Below the pieces are notes generated by a model. It saw only the letters and a list, made by a program, of their open reading frames with translations. It had not been told where the DNA came from and searched no databases. Below, in pieces: positions 1-9,780 of a DNA stretch of 64,000 nucleotides; position 1 is the stretch's first letter; each line of letters begins with the position of its first letter. Source of the stretch: a virus. The translations under genes were made by a program, and so were the position numbers. The stretch spans positions 3,499-67,498 of the IMG/VR virus record IMGVR_UViG_3300046539_000057; one strand, written 5' to 3'.

Positions 1-49
1 CGGTGCAGCTGGTCGAGGAGGTTCGCGCCGAGCGGCTGGAGGACCAGTC

Positions 50-298
50 GTGACCCGGCCCCACGTTGATCTGGCGCCGCCGGTTCGCCAGGAGGGCCCG
101 GCCTACCAGTTGATGCAAGAGCACTGGCGGCGCGCCAAGCGCACGGGCGGCATCGGCGACGAGCGCACCTACTGGCACTGGTGGGACGCGGACGACTACA
201 GCCTCGACGCCCCGGACGAGTTGCCGGCCGGCTCGTGCGTCGGTCGCGGCCCGTGGCTTGGCTGCGCGCAGTCCGTCGCCCTGCGGGGGCAAGCGTGA
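50..298 (+). CDS. Hypothetical phage protein
   Basis: GGAGG upstream; GTGA overlap with the next ORF. Confidence 0.5.
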   Translation: MTRPHVDLAPPVRQEGPAYQLMQEHWRRAKRTGGIGDERTYWHWWDADDYSLDAPDELPAGSCVGRGPWLGCAQSVALRGQA

Positions 299-498
299 GC
301 GGCTTCTGGTTCGTCGGCCCGGTCGGCTTCGACAGCACGGCCCAGCGCTTCACCCACGCCTGCCCGGCCTGCGCGACCCAGGTGGAGACCATCCGCACCG
401 CAGCGCCCGACAAGGGCAAGCGCCGCATCCTGCTGCTCGCGTGGTGCCCGGACTGCCGCGAGGCGGTCGGCCAAGCCCTGAGCCGGGAGGCGGCGTGA
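295..498 (+). CDS. Small zinc-ribbon-like protein
   Basis: GTG start overlapping the upstream stop; CPAC...CPDC pair. Confidence 0.6.
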   Translation: MSGFWFVGPVGFDSTAQRFTHACPACATQVETIRTAAPDKGKRRILLLAWCPDCREAVGQALSREAA

Positions 499-839
499 GC
501 AAGTGCCCTACCCCGCTCCAGGCGGCCCAGGCGAGCCTGCGCTGGCTCAAGGCCAAGCAGCGCATCGTGCTGGCAGACCTCGCCAAGGTCGAGCGCGCCG
601 CCCTCCTCGCCTCCCTGCCCGGCGCCAGGCTGCATGCCCGGTCCGGTCAGGTGAGCGCTGCGCATCCGGCCCGCCAGCGCCTGCAGCCGCACAGCTACGG
701 CGGGCTCGACGGCCGCACCGCGGTCGGCCTGCGCCGCTCCCAGGCTGCCCTGGCCACGGTGCGAAAGCCCACGGCCGAGGAGATCGCCCAGGCCAACGCC
801 TACCTCGCCAGCCTCGGCGTTCCGGAGCGGCTGCTGTGA
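495..839 (+). CDS. Hypothetical phage protein
   Basis: GTGA coupling at both ends; GC-rich third codon positions. Confidence 0.6.
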   Translation: MSKCPTPLQAAQASLRWLKAKQRIVLADLAKVERAALLASLPGARLHARSGQVSAAHPARQRLQPHSYGGLDGRTAVGLRRSQAALATVRKPTAEEIAQANAYLASLGVPERLL

Positions 840-1036
840 AGGTACGCCGCCAGCCAACCCCCTTCCTCGCCCGCAGCGCCACGGTGCTGCTGCGACCCGG
901 CGAGCGCGTGACGGTGCTGCTCTGCGGCCCGGCCCGCATCCCCTTCGACGCCGAAGCCCTACGCGCCAACCCGCCCGAGGGCGTCACGGTCAGCGCTACC
1001 GACTACTACGACTTCCCCCACCTCGCGCAGGAGTGA
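836..1036 (+). CDS. Hypothetical phage protein
   Basis: GTGA coupling; protein-like C-terminus (TDYYDFPHLAQE). Confidence 0.5.
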   Translation: MKVRRQPTPFLARSATVLLRPGERVTVLLCGPARIPFDAEALRANPPEGVTVSATDYYDFPHLAQE

Positions 1037-1043
1037 CGAGACC

Positions 1044-2156
1044 ATGCCACCGCCGTTCTATCGCCTTCCGCCGCAGCCCGCGCACCTGGGCCAGTCGACC
1101 CGCCCGCTGGGCAAGTCCGTCGCGCCGCTGCTCTCGCGCATGGTCGCCGCCCTCTGCCGCAAGCACGAGGCGCCGGCCGAGCCGCCCGAGCCTGGGACCA
1201 TCTGGACCGGCCCGGTGACGAACGCATCGCCTGCTGTCCCGGCCGATCCGCAGTGGCCACCGCCGTACGCGCGCACGCCTGCCGACCCCGACGCCGCACG
1301 CATCGCCCGCGAGAGCCGCATCGCCGCTGCCGGACGCCGTGCCCTGGCCGAGCGCAACGCCGTGGCCGACGAGCGCATCCGGCAAGCCGCCGCCGACCTG
1401 ACCGACACCGAGCACAGCGCCTTCTCCGACCCGTTCGCCCCCGAGGTGCCCGACGCGGCGAGCCTGCGGGCGCCCGACGCCACCATCGACGACGACATCC
1501 AGCGCGTGGTGCCCTACGGCATGGAGCCGGCCAAGTGGGGCCGCCTGAACATGGCGTCCGGGACGCGCATGAACACCGGCCTGGGCGAGCCCGGTGAGCG
1601 GCTGGTGCCGGCCCACTTCCCCCAGGTCGCCACGCCAGAGGGGGACAGGGGACACGGGGGACGGTTCGAGCCGCTGCGCGACTTCCAGCCCGGCATCTTC
1701 GACGGCAGCATGCCGGCAGCCGGCGTGTGGCAGTCTGACTGGCAGGCGAAGGCCATCGAGGCGGCCAAGCACATCGTCCCCGAGCAGCGCGTGACCGCCC
1801 ACCGCGTCGAGTCCGACGCCGAGTGCCGCACCCGCCTGCTCGCCGAGTGGGAAGCCCTCGCCGCTCGCGCCCCGATGCAGGCCGGCACGGTCCCCGGCGA
1901 GCCTGCGCCGCGCACCGAGGCCGAACTGGTCATGCAGGCCGCGTCGCTGGCACGTGGCGTGGGCATGGACATCCCCTGGAACCTGCTGTTCAGCATGGGC
2001 CTGACGGTGTGCCACCAGGACCGCCGGCCGGTGTACGCCGAGCACGACGGCAACCGGCTGGTGAAGTTCATGGTGCGGCAGGCGAAGGAGATCGCGGCCG
2101 AGGCGCCGACTGTCCCCCAGCTGTCCCCGCTGCCGCAGATCGTGTGGGGGGACTGA
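1044..2156 (+). CDS. Hypothetical protein, Pro-rich N-terminus (370 aa)
   Basis: GGAG RBS, long ORF with genome-typical codon bias. Confidence 0.75.
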   Translation: MPPPFYRLPPQPAHLGQSTRPLGKSVAPLLSRMVAALCRKHEAPAEPPEPGTIWTGPVTNASPAVPADPQWPPPYARTPADPDAARIARESRIAAAGRRALAERNAVADERIRQAAADLTDTEHSAFSDPFAPEVPDAASLRAPDATIDDDIQRVVPYGMEPAKWGRLNMASGTRMNTGLGEPGERLVPAHFPQVATPEGDRGHGGRFEPLRDFQPGIFDGSMPAAGVWQSDWQAKAIEAAKHIVPEQRVTAHRVESDAECRTRLLAEWEALAARAPMQAGTVPGEPAPRTEAELVMQAASLARGVGMDIPWNLLFSMGLTVCHQDRRPVYAEHDGNRLVKFMVRQAKEIAAEAPTVPQLSPLPQIVWGD

Positions 2157-2608
2157 TGGTGAGCACCTTCCAGACCCTGATGCGCACCTGCCCGGTCAAC
2201 AGCCTGCCGTGCGGCTGCGCGCCGGCCGAGGCCTGCCGGTGGGCCTCTGCGACGCAGTACGACACCGGGCCGGCGCCTGCCGACGAGAAGCGCTGCGCCG
2301 ACTGCAAGGCCAGCCGCTGCGCCGGACCTGACAACTGCCGCAACGAGTGGGACAAGCAGCGCGCGGACGACGTGAAGCGCTGCGGCGCCTGCGATCGCAG
2401 TCCGTGCCAGTGCAAGGTGCCGGCGCGAGACCCTCTACTCCCACGCAACGCCGTGCTGCGCATCCAGGCGGTGGGCAACGGCTTCATCGTCGAGGCGCCG
2501 AACTACAACGGCGAGCCGCTGGTGTTCCAGACGCTGGGCAAGTACGAGAACGCCTTCTCGCTCGCCGAGTTCGTGCTGTCCCACTTCGACGCCCCGGAGG
2601 ACCGATGA
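2156..2608 (+). CDS. Cys-rich hypothetical protein
   Basis: TGATG coupling; several Cys clusters (CADC, CGAC, CQC). Confidence 0.65.
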   Translation: MVSTFQTLMRTCPVNSLPCGCAPAEACRWASATQYDTGPAPADEKRCADCKASRCAGPDNCRNEWDKQRADDVKRCGACDRSPCQCKVPARDPLLPRNAVLRIQAVGNGFIVEAPNYNGEPLVFQTLGKYENAFSLAEFVLSHFDAPEDR

Positions 2609-2961
2609 GCGACGGCCAGCCCGTGTTGATCCCGCGCGCCGTCGTGCTGCGCGCGCTGGAGCACCACATCGCGTACCGGGGCACCGGCGTGCGCACGTTC
2701 ACCTTCGTCGACCACGGCGCCCTGCACTACGACAAGCCGGACGCCGAGGCCAAGGTGCAGAAGTGGGACCTGGGCCCGATCGGCGCCATGCGCAACGCCC
2801 ACGCGCTGCTGATGGCCGAGGCGAAGCCTGCCGAGCCGGGCGGCGATGACGTGCGCTACGACGCGCTGCGCTTCCGCGCGCTGGTTTCCGGCCTGCGCCG
2901 CCAGGGCATGGGCCACCTGTACGAGTACCTGATGGGCGAGCAGCTGCCCGTGGAGAAGTGA
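2605..2961 (+). CDS. Hypothetical protein
   Basis: GGAGG RBS, ATGA coupling. Confidence 0.7.
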   Translation: MSDGQPVLIPRAVVLRALEHHIAYRGTGVRTFTFVDHGALHYDKPDAEAKVQKWDLGPIGAMRNAHALLMAEAKPAEPGGDDVRYDALRFRALVSGLRRQGMGHLYEYLMGEQLPVEK

Positions 2962-3218
2962 TGGCCGCGACCCTGAACAACCGACAGGGCCCGCGCGGCC
3001 CGCAGCGCAACAGCCTGCTGGGCAGGATCGTGGCGTTCTACCAGAACAACCCCGACGAGGAACTGACCTACGCCGACATGGCGGTCAAGTTCGGCGTGGA
3101 CGAGCGCACGGTGCAGTCGCGGGTGAGCGATGGCGTGCGCGCGGGCTACCTCGAGCGGACCTACGTGGTGCGGCTGGCCGCCGGGCCCGAGGTGCAGCAC
3201 CAGGGGTCGGCGGAGTGA
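2958..3218 (+). CDS. Winged-helix/HTH DNA-binding protein
   Basis: LTYADMAVKFGVDERTVQSRVS HTH pattern. Confidence 0.7.
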   Translation: MMAATLNNRQGPRGPQRNSLLGRIVAFYQNNPDEELTYADMAVKFGVDERTVQSRVSDGVRAGYLERTYVVRLAAGPEVQHQGSAE

Positions 3219-3415
3219 ACCCCTTCGTCATCCCCATGGCCATCGCCAACGCCTGCTGGGGCATGGTCGTGACCGCGATCGTGTTCGTCACGCACGTGGT
3301 GGACCCGAAGCCCACGCACGGCCCGCACCAGCAGCGGGTCGACCTGTCGCGCGAGGACATTGCCGCGCAGCTGGACGCCGCCGGCATCCATCACAACCTG
3401 CCGCGAAAGCAGTGA
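3215..3415 (+). CDS. Small membrane-anchored protein
   Basis: Hydrophobic N-terminal segment; GTGA coupling on both sides. Confidence 0.55.
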   Translation: MNPFVIPMAIANACWGMVVTAIVFVTHVVDPKPTHGPHQQRVDLSREDIAAQLDAAGIHHNLPRKQ

Positions 3416-4800
3416 GCCGCAACCCGCCCTCCCACATTCGCGCGGTCTCGCAGGCCGTGTCGAATCACGGCTTTCCCGAGAAGCTGGCGCCGCTGTTCAC
3501 CTTCGGGAAGTGGCGCGTCAAGGTTCTCTACGGGGGCCGGGGCGGGGCGAAGTCGTGGGGCGTGGCGCGCGCGCTGCTGCTCATCGGCACCATGCGCCCG
3601 GTGCGCGTGCTCTGTGCGCGTGAGGTGCAGGACTCGATCAAGCAGTCGGTGCACCAGCTGCTCAAGGACCAGATCCAGCGCAGCCCGAACGAGCCGAGCG
3701 AGCCGGGCCTGGGCCTCACGGGCCACTACGACGTGCTCAACGACGAGATCCGCGGGCGCAACGGCACGCTGTTCCTGTTCAAGGGCCTGTCGGCCGAAAC
3801 CGCCGATTCGATCAAGTCATTCGAGGGCGTCGACATCTGCTGGGTCGAGGAAGGCCACTCGATCACGAAAGAGTCGTGGGAGAAGCTGACCCCGACGATT
3901 CGGCGCGCCAATTCCGAAATCTGGATCACGCTGAACCCGGCGCTCGACACCGACGAGACCTGGGTGCGCTACTGCGAGTACGCCAGCCCCGACGTGCTGC
4001 GCATCGAGATCAACTGGCGCGACAACCCGTGGTTCCCGGCCGTGCTGGAGAAGGAGCGTGTCTCCGACCAGATCCGGCTGCCCAAGCGCGACTACGACAA
4101 CAAGTGGGAAGGCAAGCCCCGCCGCGTGGCCGAGGGCGCCATCTACGAGCTCGAGATCGAGCAGGTCTACGAGCAGGGCCGGGTCATGCCGATCCGCTAC
4201 GACCCGATGCTGCCGGTGCACACCGTGTGGGACCTGGGGTGGAACGACAAGATGGCCATCTCCTTCGTGCAGCGCAGCCCGATGGAGTTCCGCGTGCTCG
4301 ACTACCTGCAGGAAAGCGGCCAGCGCCTGGACTGGTACGTCGACAAGATCCAGACCATCGCGCGCGACTGGCGCCGCGGCTACGACTTCCTGCCGCACGA
4401 CGCGGCCTCGGGCAACTACCTCACCGGCAAGTCCACCGAGGAGCATGCCATCGAGCTCGGCTGCAACCCGATCGTGCTCGAGCGCCTGGACATCGAGGAG
4501 GGCATCAAGGCCGCGCGGCTCGCCTTTCCGCGCACGGTGTTCAACCGCCAGCCGATCAACCCGGACGACCCAGGCCGCGGTGTCGGCGTGCTGCTGGAGT
4601 GCCTGCGTCGCTACAAGCGCTCGATCAACAAGCGCACCCAGGAACCCGGCGCGCCGGACCACGACAAGTTCAGCCACGGCGCGGACAACTTCCGCTACAT
4701 CGCCATGGCCGGCGACCTCATGCACAGCGGCGCCCTGAGCCAGGACGCCGTTTCCTCACTCATCAACCGCGACCGGCGTCCCGTCACCGCCAGGAGATAG
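3412..4800 (+). CDS. terL: Terminase large subunit (PBSX/Terminase_3 type)
   Basis: Walker A YGGRGGAKS, CARE, Walker B WVEEG, nuclease WDLG and HGAD motifs; start taken at the coupled GTG. Confidence 0.95.
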   Translation: MSRNPPSHIRAVSQAVSNHGFPEKLAPLFTFGKWRVKVLYGGRGGAKSWGVARALLLIGTMRPVRVLCAREVQDSIKQSVHQLLKDQIQRSPNEPSEPGLGLTGHYDVLNDEIRGRNGTLFLFKGLSAETADSIKSFEGVDICWVEEGHSITKESWEKLTPTIRRANSEIWITLNPALDTDETWVRYCEYASPDVLRIEINWRDNPWFPAVLEKERVSDQIRLPKRDYDNKWEGKPRRVAEGAIYELEIEQVYEQGRVMPIRYDPMLPVHTVWDLGWNDKMAISFVQRSPMEFRVLDYLQESGQRLDWYVDKIQTIARDWRRGYDFLPHDAASGNYLTGKSTEEHAIELGCNPIVLERLDIEEGIKAARLAFPRTVFNRQPINPDDPGRGVGVLLECLRRYKRSINKRTQEPGAPDHDKFSHGADNFRYIAMAGDLMHSGALSQDAVSSLINRDRRPVTARR

Positions 4801-4803
4801 CCC

Positions 4804-5274
4804 ATGGACCACATCCCCATCCTCGGGCCTGACGGCCAGGAGACTTTCCGCTTCGGCGGCGCCGCGGTGCACAAGCAGCGGTTCCTCAAGGACTACGTGG
4901 TGAGCCTTGAGTGGTTCGGCCCGAACGGCCGCGAGATCGACGCCTGCATGTGCATCTGGAATGCGCGCGGCGGCTTCGATGCCGGCGTCTACGTGATCGC
5001 GCGCCGCCAGATCCACCTGTACTGCAACGAGCACATGAAGCCCACGCAATACGGCTGGAACGAGGTGTGGGCGGCGCTGCCGGTGCTCGGCCGCGCGCAG
5101 CTGATGGTCGAGGCGCACGCGCTGATGGATGTGATCCTGGAGTGCATCCCGGACCTCATCCACCAGCCCGTTGCGCCCAAGCGCGCCCGCGAAGCGCTGG
5201 CGCACCAGCCGATGTTCGAGATCACCCACAAGGACAAGCATTCCGGCCGCGTCATGCGCGAGTCCGTCATCTGA
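4804..5274 (+). CDS. Hypothetical protein between terminase and portal
   Basis: AGGAG RBS, clean ORF. Confidence 0.8.
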   Translation: MDHIPILGPDGQETFRFGGAAVHKQRFLKDYVVSLEWFGPNGREIDACMCIWNARGGFDAGVYVIARRQIHLYCNEHMKPTQYGWNEVWAALPVLGRAQLMVEAHALMDVILECIPDLIHQPVAPKRAREALAHQPMFEITHKDKHSGRVMRESVI

Positions 5275-5281
5275 GACCGCC

Positions 5282-7417
5282 ATGGCAAAACGTACCGAGA
5301 AGATCGACGCGAAGCAGCGTCACGAGCAGCGATTCAGCTGGTTCGTCGCAGAGGCCCACCGACAGGCCGCCAACCGCGCCATGCGCGCGAAGTGCGAGCG
5401 CTACTACGACAGCGAGCAGATCGACTCGGCCGTGCGCGCCGAGATCGAGGAGCGCGGTCAGGTGGTCGTGGTCCACAACGAGATCAAGCCCTCCATCGAC
5501 TGGCTGGTGGGCACCGAGCGCCGCCAGCGCATCGACTTCCACGTCATGCCGCGCGAGGCGATGGACCGCGAGAGCACCGCCGACGCCGAGAACAAGACGA
5601 AGCTGCTGAAGTGGCTCACCGACATCAACCGCGCGGGCTTCGAGCGCTCGCAGGCGTTCGACGACGCCATGAAATCCGGCCTGGGCTGGATCGAGACCGG
5701 CGTGCGCGGCGACCAGTCCGACGTGCCCATCTACATCGCCTGCTCGCCGTGGCGCGACATGCTGCACGACTCCATCGGCAGCCAGCGCCTGGACGTGGCC
5801 GACGGCCGCTACATCTTCCGCATCCGGGCGGTCGACTACGACATCGCGCAGGCCTACTTCCCCGGCAAGGAAGAACAGCTGGCCAAGGTGCGCCAGTCCG
5901 GCGACGGCCTGCGCTCCTTCGGCTCCTGGCTGGGCGGCACCGGCAACCTGCTCGACCTGGGGCTGCTGTCCGGCTCGGCCAATGACGACGAGGACGACTA
6001 CGCCGTCCCGACGGACCTGTTCAACCCGCGCGAGCGCGTGCTGCTGGTCGAGTGCTGGAGCGTGGAGCCCAACGGCGGCCAGCCGCGCCCCGACGCGCCC
6101 TCGGTCTACGACCGCGCGCAGATGAGCATGCGCTGCTCGATCATGACCGAGTACGACACGCTGCTCGAGTCGTGGAGCCCGTACAAGCACGGCCGGTTCC
6201 CGTTCGTTCCGGTCTGGGCCTACCGCAACAAGCGCACCGGCCTGCCCTACTCGCCCATCCGCCCGCTGCTGGACAAGCAGGACGCGCTGAACGGCGCCAT
6301 GTCCAAGGCGCTGCACGAGGCGTCGGTCAACCTGACCCTGGCCGAGGAGACCGCGTTCTCCAAGTCGATGACGCCCGAGCAGGTGCACACCGAGGTGCAG
6401 GACCCCAACGGCCTCGTCATCCTGGGCCACGGCGCACTCGCCGGCGGCCGCTTCAAGACCGAGCGCGGCATCGACCGCTCGCGCGGCCAGCTGATGATGG
6501 CCGAGCAGCTGCGCCTCGCCATCCGCGAGGGTTCGGCCGTCACCGAGGCCAACAAGGGCCGCGACACCAACGCAACCTCCGGCAAGGCGATCGGCCTGCA
6601 GCAAGACCAGGGCTCGATCCTGTCGACCGAACTGTTCGACAACCTGCTGCTCGCGCGCCAGCTGGAGGGCGAGATCGTGCTGTCGCTCTCGGAGCAGTAC
6701 ATCACCGAGCCGCGCGTCATCTCGCTGTCCGGCGAGCGCCGGCAGAGCCAGATCGTCGAGATCAACAAGCCGATGCCCGACGGCACCATCCTGAACGACA
6801 TCACCGCGCGCTCGGCGCAGTTCGTGGTGGGCGAGCAGCAGTGGCGTCAGACCCTGGCGCACGCCGCGTTCGAGTCGATGATGGAGCTCCTGGGCAACCT
6901 GGCGCAGACCGCACCGCAAGTCGTGGTCGCGTGCCTGGACCTGGTGCTCGAGTTCGCCGACGTGCCGAACAAGGAAGCGCTGCTCGAGCGCGTGCGCGCC
7001 GTCACCGGCCAGCCCGGCCCGGACAACCAGCAGTCCCCCGAGCAGCAGGCGCAGGCCGCGCAGGCGCAGGCGATGCAGCAAAAGCAGGTCGAGCTCCAGA
7101 TGGCGCAGATGGAGGCGACCGTCAAGGAGCTCCGCGCGAAGGGCGCCAAGCTCGACGCGGAGACCGTGGCGACCCGCCTGGAAGCGCTGCTCTCGGCCGC
7201 CCAGGGCGCCGGCATCCTGGCCGTCACGCCCGGCGTCATGCCGATCGCCGACGAGCTCCTGTCCTCGGCCGGCTTCGAGGACCAGAACGCGCCCGGCGTG
7301 CTCGACGTCGCGGCGCCCGAGCTCGAGCAGCCGATGGACCCGGCTCTGGCCGGCCAGATGCCCGGCATGGCAAACCCGGCAGCCGCTGCCGGGTTTCCGC
7401 AAGGGGCGCCGTTGTGA
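5282..7417 (+). CDS. Portal protein (P22-like)
   Basis: Position and size (~710 aa); YYDSEQ, NEIKPSID, SGLGW, SPYKHGRFPFVP, SGKAI motifs; Gln-rich coiled-coil tail. Confidence 0.93.
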   Translation: MAKRTEKIDAKQRHEQRFSWFVAEAHRQAANRAMRAKCERYYDSEQIDSAVRAEIEERGQVVVVHNEIKPSIDWLVGTERRQRIDFHVMPREAMDRESTADAENKTKLLKWLTDINRAGFERSQAFDDAMKSGLGWIETGVRGDQSDVPIYIACSPWRDMLHDSIGSQRLDVADGRYIFRIRAVDYDIAQAYFPGKEEQLAKVRQSGDGLRSFGSWLGGTGNLLDLGLLSGSANDDEDDYAVPTDLFNPRERVLLVECWSVEPNGGQPRPDAPSVYDRAQMSMRCSIMTEYDTLLESWSPYKHGRFPFVPVWAYRNKRTGLPYSPIRPLLDKQDALNGAMSKALHEASVNLTLAEETAFSKSMTPEQVHTEVQDPNGLVILGHGALAGGRFKTERGIDRSRGQLMMAEQLRLAIREGSAVTEANKGRDTNATSGKAIGLQQDQGSILSTELFDNLLLARQLEGEIVLSLSEQYITEPRVISLSGERRQSQIVEINKPMPDGTILNDITARSAQFVVGEQQWRQTLAHAAFESMMELLGNLAQTAPQVVVACLDLVLEFADVPNKEALLERVRAVTGQPGPDNQQSPEQQAQAAQAQAMQQKQVELQMAQMEATVKELRAKGAKLDAETVATRLEALLSAAQGAGILAVTPGVMPIADELLSSAGFEDQNAPGVLDVAAPELEQPMDPALAGQMPGMANPAAAAGFPQGAPL
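7372..7396. repeat. 25-bp palindrome copy 1 (AAACCCGGCAGC-C-GCTGCCGGGTTT), parS-like
   Basis: Perfect 12-bp arms, inside the portal 3' end. Confidence 0.85.
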
Positions 7418-7601
7418 GTCACGGATCGCAATCCATGAGCCACAACGCACCTTGCGGCGCATCGGTGAGCCGCAATTGGGAGGGCCCGCTGATCGGCACC
7501 GAGTCGCCGCCGGCGGTGCCCGGCATGCAGCGCGTCGGCGGCCCCGCCCGTGACCCCATCCCCAACACCTGGCCGCCGGCCATCAACGCGCAGGAGGCGC
7601 A

Positions 7602-8306
7602 ATGATCGAACACCCCGACGACTTCACCCCCGCCGACATCGCCAACGCCCCGTGGGGCGGCGGCGAGCCGGACCCGGTCGACATCCCGCGCCCGCAGTGG
7701 CTGCCGGACCCGCTGATCGAGGACTTCGACGCCGACGAGACCGAGGCGTTCGATGAGGCCGAGGACCTCATCCTGGCCGACCAGCCCTACGAGCGCCACG
7801 ACAAGGACTTCTGGAGAGCCGGGCGCGCCTACGAGGCGCAGCTGCAGGCCGACGAGGCGCGCTTCGCCCGCCTGGCCGAAGACACCTACGACGACTACCA
7901 GGAGCAGCTGCGCGCGCAGGAGAACCCGCTGCAGTCGCTGGTCTACACCCTGATGAGCGAGGGCGTCGACGCGGCCGAGATCGTCGGCATGCCGAAGAAC
8001 CTGGGCGACGACCGAATCGCCGAGATCGAACTGTGGTTCGAGGGTGTGCTGATGCGCGCCGAGGGCACCGTGCTGCGCTTCAAGGTCGACGCCGCCATTG
8101 GCCGCGGCCCGGACGAGCCGCCGATGTACCTGACCGACGACCTCGAGCTCGCGTCGGACGTCGTGCCGATGACGCCCGAGTTCGCCGCGGCCTCGGGCGC
8201 CGCGCTGCGCGAGCACCTGCTGCGCCGCGCCGGCCTGATCGAGGGCGAGGCCGCCACGATGAAGCTGGACCACGACGGCAATCCGATCCCCGAGGTGCAG
8301 CCGTGA
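7602..8306 (+). CDS. Acidic hypothetical protein inserted in the head module
   Basis: AGGAGG RBS, 234-aa ORF. Confidence 0.8.
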   Translation: MIEHPDDFTPADIANAPWGGGEPDPVDIPRPQWLPDPLIEDFDADETEAFDEAEDLILADQPYERHDKDFWRAGRAYEAQLQADEARFARLAEDTYDDYQEQLRAQENPLQSLVYTLMSEGVDAAEIVGMPKNLGDDRIAEIELWFEGVLMRAEGTVLRFKVDAAIGRGPDEPPMYLTDDLELASDVVPMTPEFAAASGAALREHLLRRAGLIEGEAATMKLDHDGNPIPEVQP

Positions 8307-8536
8307 CACCGGACCAGCTGACCGCCGGCATCGTTCTGAATTCGCAGATCGAGCGCATCGACGAGGTGATCGAGAAGGTCGAGAACCTGGCCACCTACGG
8401 GTGGCAGGCCTCGATCGTCAAGGACATCGGCTACGGCCACATCCCCGAGGAAGTCGAGCGCGCCATCCGCCGCGACGTGCTGCAGCACCTGCGCGCGCAC
8501 CGCGACGACATGCTCGACCGCTTTGAAACCCTCTGA
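8303..8536 (+). CDS. Hypothetical protein
   Basis: GAGG RBS, GTGA coupling. Confidence 0.7.
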   Translation: MTPDQLTAGIVLNSQIERIDEVIEKVENLATYGWQASIVKDIGYGHIPEEVERAIRRDVLQHLRAHRDDMLDRFETL

Positions 8537-8549
8537 AAGGACCCCCCCC

Positions 8550-9485
8550 ATGTACAGCCCCCAAGAAATCGCCGCCATGACCGCCTCCGAGCAGGAGATG
8601 GCCCGCTCCATGAATGCCGCCGAGGAAGCCGGCAACGACCCGTTCGGTGACGAGGCGCCCGACGCCGAAGAAGCCGACGAGATCCCCGGCGACAACACCG
8701 AGGCCGAGGAGAAGCCGGCCGAGGAGGAAGCGCCCGCCGACGACAAGCCCGCAGACGACAAGCCGGCCGAGGAAGCGCCGGCCGCCGCCGCCGAGGAACC
8801 CCCCGCCGAAGGGGGCGAAGAAACGCCCGAGATCGACGTGCCGCCCGCGCCGGTGCTCGTCGGCCAGGCGCCCGCCGACTTCGACGCCAAGGTCAACACG
8901 CTGCGCGATGCGATCGACGAGGCCCGCGTCCGGTGGGAGGCCGGCGAGATCGACCTGAAGGATCTCGCCAAGATCGAGCGCCCGCTGCAGGACCAGATCG
9001 CCGGCCTGCAGCGCGAGGCCGCCGTCGCCGAGGCGATGAACAAGGCCAATGAGCAGTTCGCGCGCAACCAGGCGCTGGCCGTCATCGAGCAGGTGCGCAC
9101 CACCGCCAAGGCCCAGGGCATCGACTACGGCACGGCCGACAAGCCCACCGAGCACGCGCACTCGTTCGACCGGCAGCTGCAGGTGCTCGCGCTGGACCCG
9201 ACGTGGCGCGGCAAGTCCTTCGCCGCGCAGGCGCGCGAGGCGCACCGCGTCGTGGCGCTGCTCAACGGCAAGACCGCCGCGGCGCCCGCGCCGGCGCCGC
9301 CCCCCGCCGCCGCACGTGCGAAGCCCCCTGCCCCGCCGGTCACGCTGCGCGACCTGCCCGCGGCCGAGCGTGCGAACGCCGGCGGCGACCTCGAGGCGCA
9401 ATGGGCGGCCGCCACCGGCGCCGCGGCCGAGAAGCTGTGGAGCCGCATGACCCCCGCGCAGCAGCAGCGCGCAATGGGCGAATAA
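8550..9485 (+). CDS. Capsid scaffolding protein
   Basis: Acidic Pro/Ala-rich N-terminus and helical core; lies upstream of the capsid gene. Confidence 0.8.
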   Translation: MYSPQEIAAMTASEQEMARSMNAAEEAGNDPFGDEAPDAEEADEIPGDNTEAEEKPAEEEAPADDKPADDKPAEEAPAAAAEEPPAEGGEETPEIDVPPAPVLVGQAPADFDAKVNTLRDAIDEARVRWEAGEIDLKDLAKIERPLQDQIAGLQREAAVAEAMNKANEQFARNQALAVIEQVRTTAKAQGIDYGTADKPTEHAHSFDRQLQVLALDPTWRGKSFAAQAREAHRVVALLNGKTAAAPAPAPPPAAARAKPPAPPVTLRDLPAAERANAGGDLEAQWAAATGAAAEKLWSRMTPAQQQRAMGE

Positions 9486-9504
9486 GAAAGCAGCGAGAAG
9501 CGAA

Positions 9505-9711
9505 GTGAAGAAGCAGCGATGCGCGGTCCACGAATTGGCAGATGGCGAATCTGTGCAATTCACGCTCCATACGGGCGCTCTCGGCGTTGACAACGAGAAA
9601 GTCAAGCTGACACTCGAGCGCAAGTCGGGGCGCCGCGCGCGCCTGCGAATCGAAGCTGGAGATGGTGTATCCATCGAACGCCTAGACGCAGCAGCGAAGC
9701 GCCCCACCTAA
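9505..9711 (+). CDS. CsrA/RsmA-like RNA-binding protein
   Basis: Pattern L..GESV...VKLTL...SG.RARLRIEA...VSIER resembles the CsrA fold; same slot as the CsrA-like gene I recall in Bcep22-like phages. Confidence 0.6.
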   Translation: MKKQRCAVHELADGESVQFTLHTGALGVDNEKVKLTLERKSGRRARLRIEAGDGVSIERLDAAAKRPT

Positions 9712-9737
9712 CCCGCCGGGCTTAATTGCCCGGTCCA

Positions 9738-9776
9738 GGCGCGCAGGAAGTGCGCCATGTGCCTCACCACAGGAGG
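9738..9776 (+). promoter_or_regulatory. Capsid leader with GGA-loop hairpin and SD-occluding hairpin (candidate Csr sites)
   Basis: GGCGCGC-AGGAA-GTGCGCC stem-loop, then CCTC-ACCACAG-GAGG covering the SD. Confidence 0.55.
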
Positions 9777-9780
9777 TTTC

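Noticed and set aside
3130-3411. Upstream extensions of terL and other ORFs in the supplied track (portal 5171, tail tip 20348, PAPS-like 25121, ejection 26005, cI 50186)
   Set aside because: They overlap better-supported genes; coupled or RBS-supported starts lie downstream
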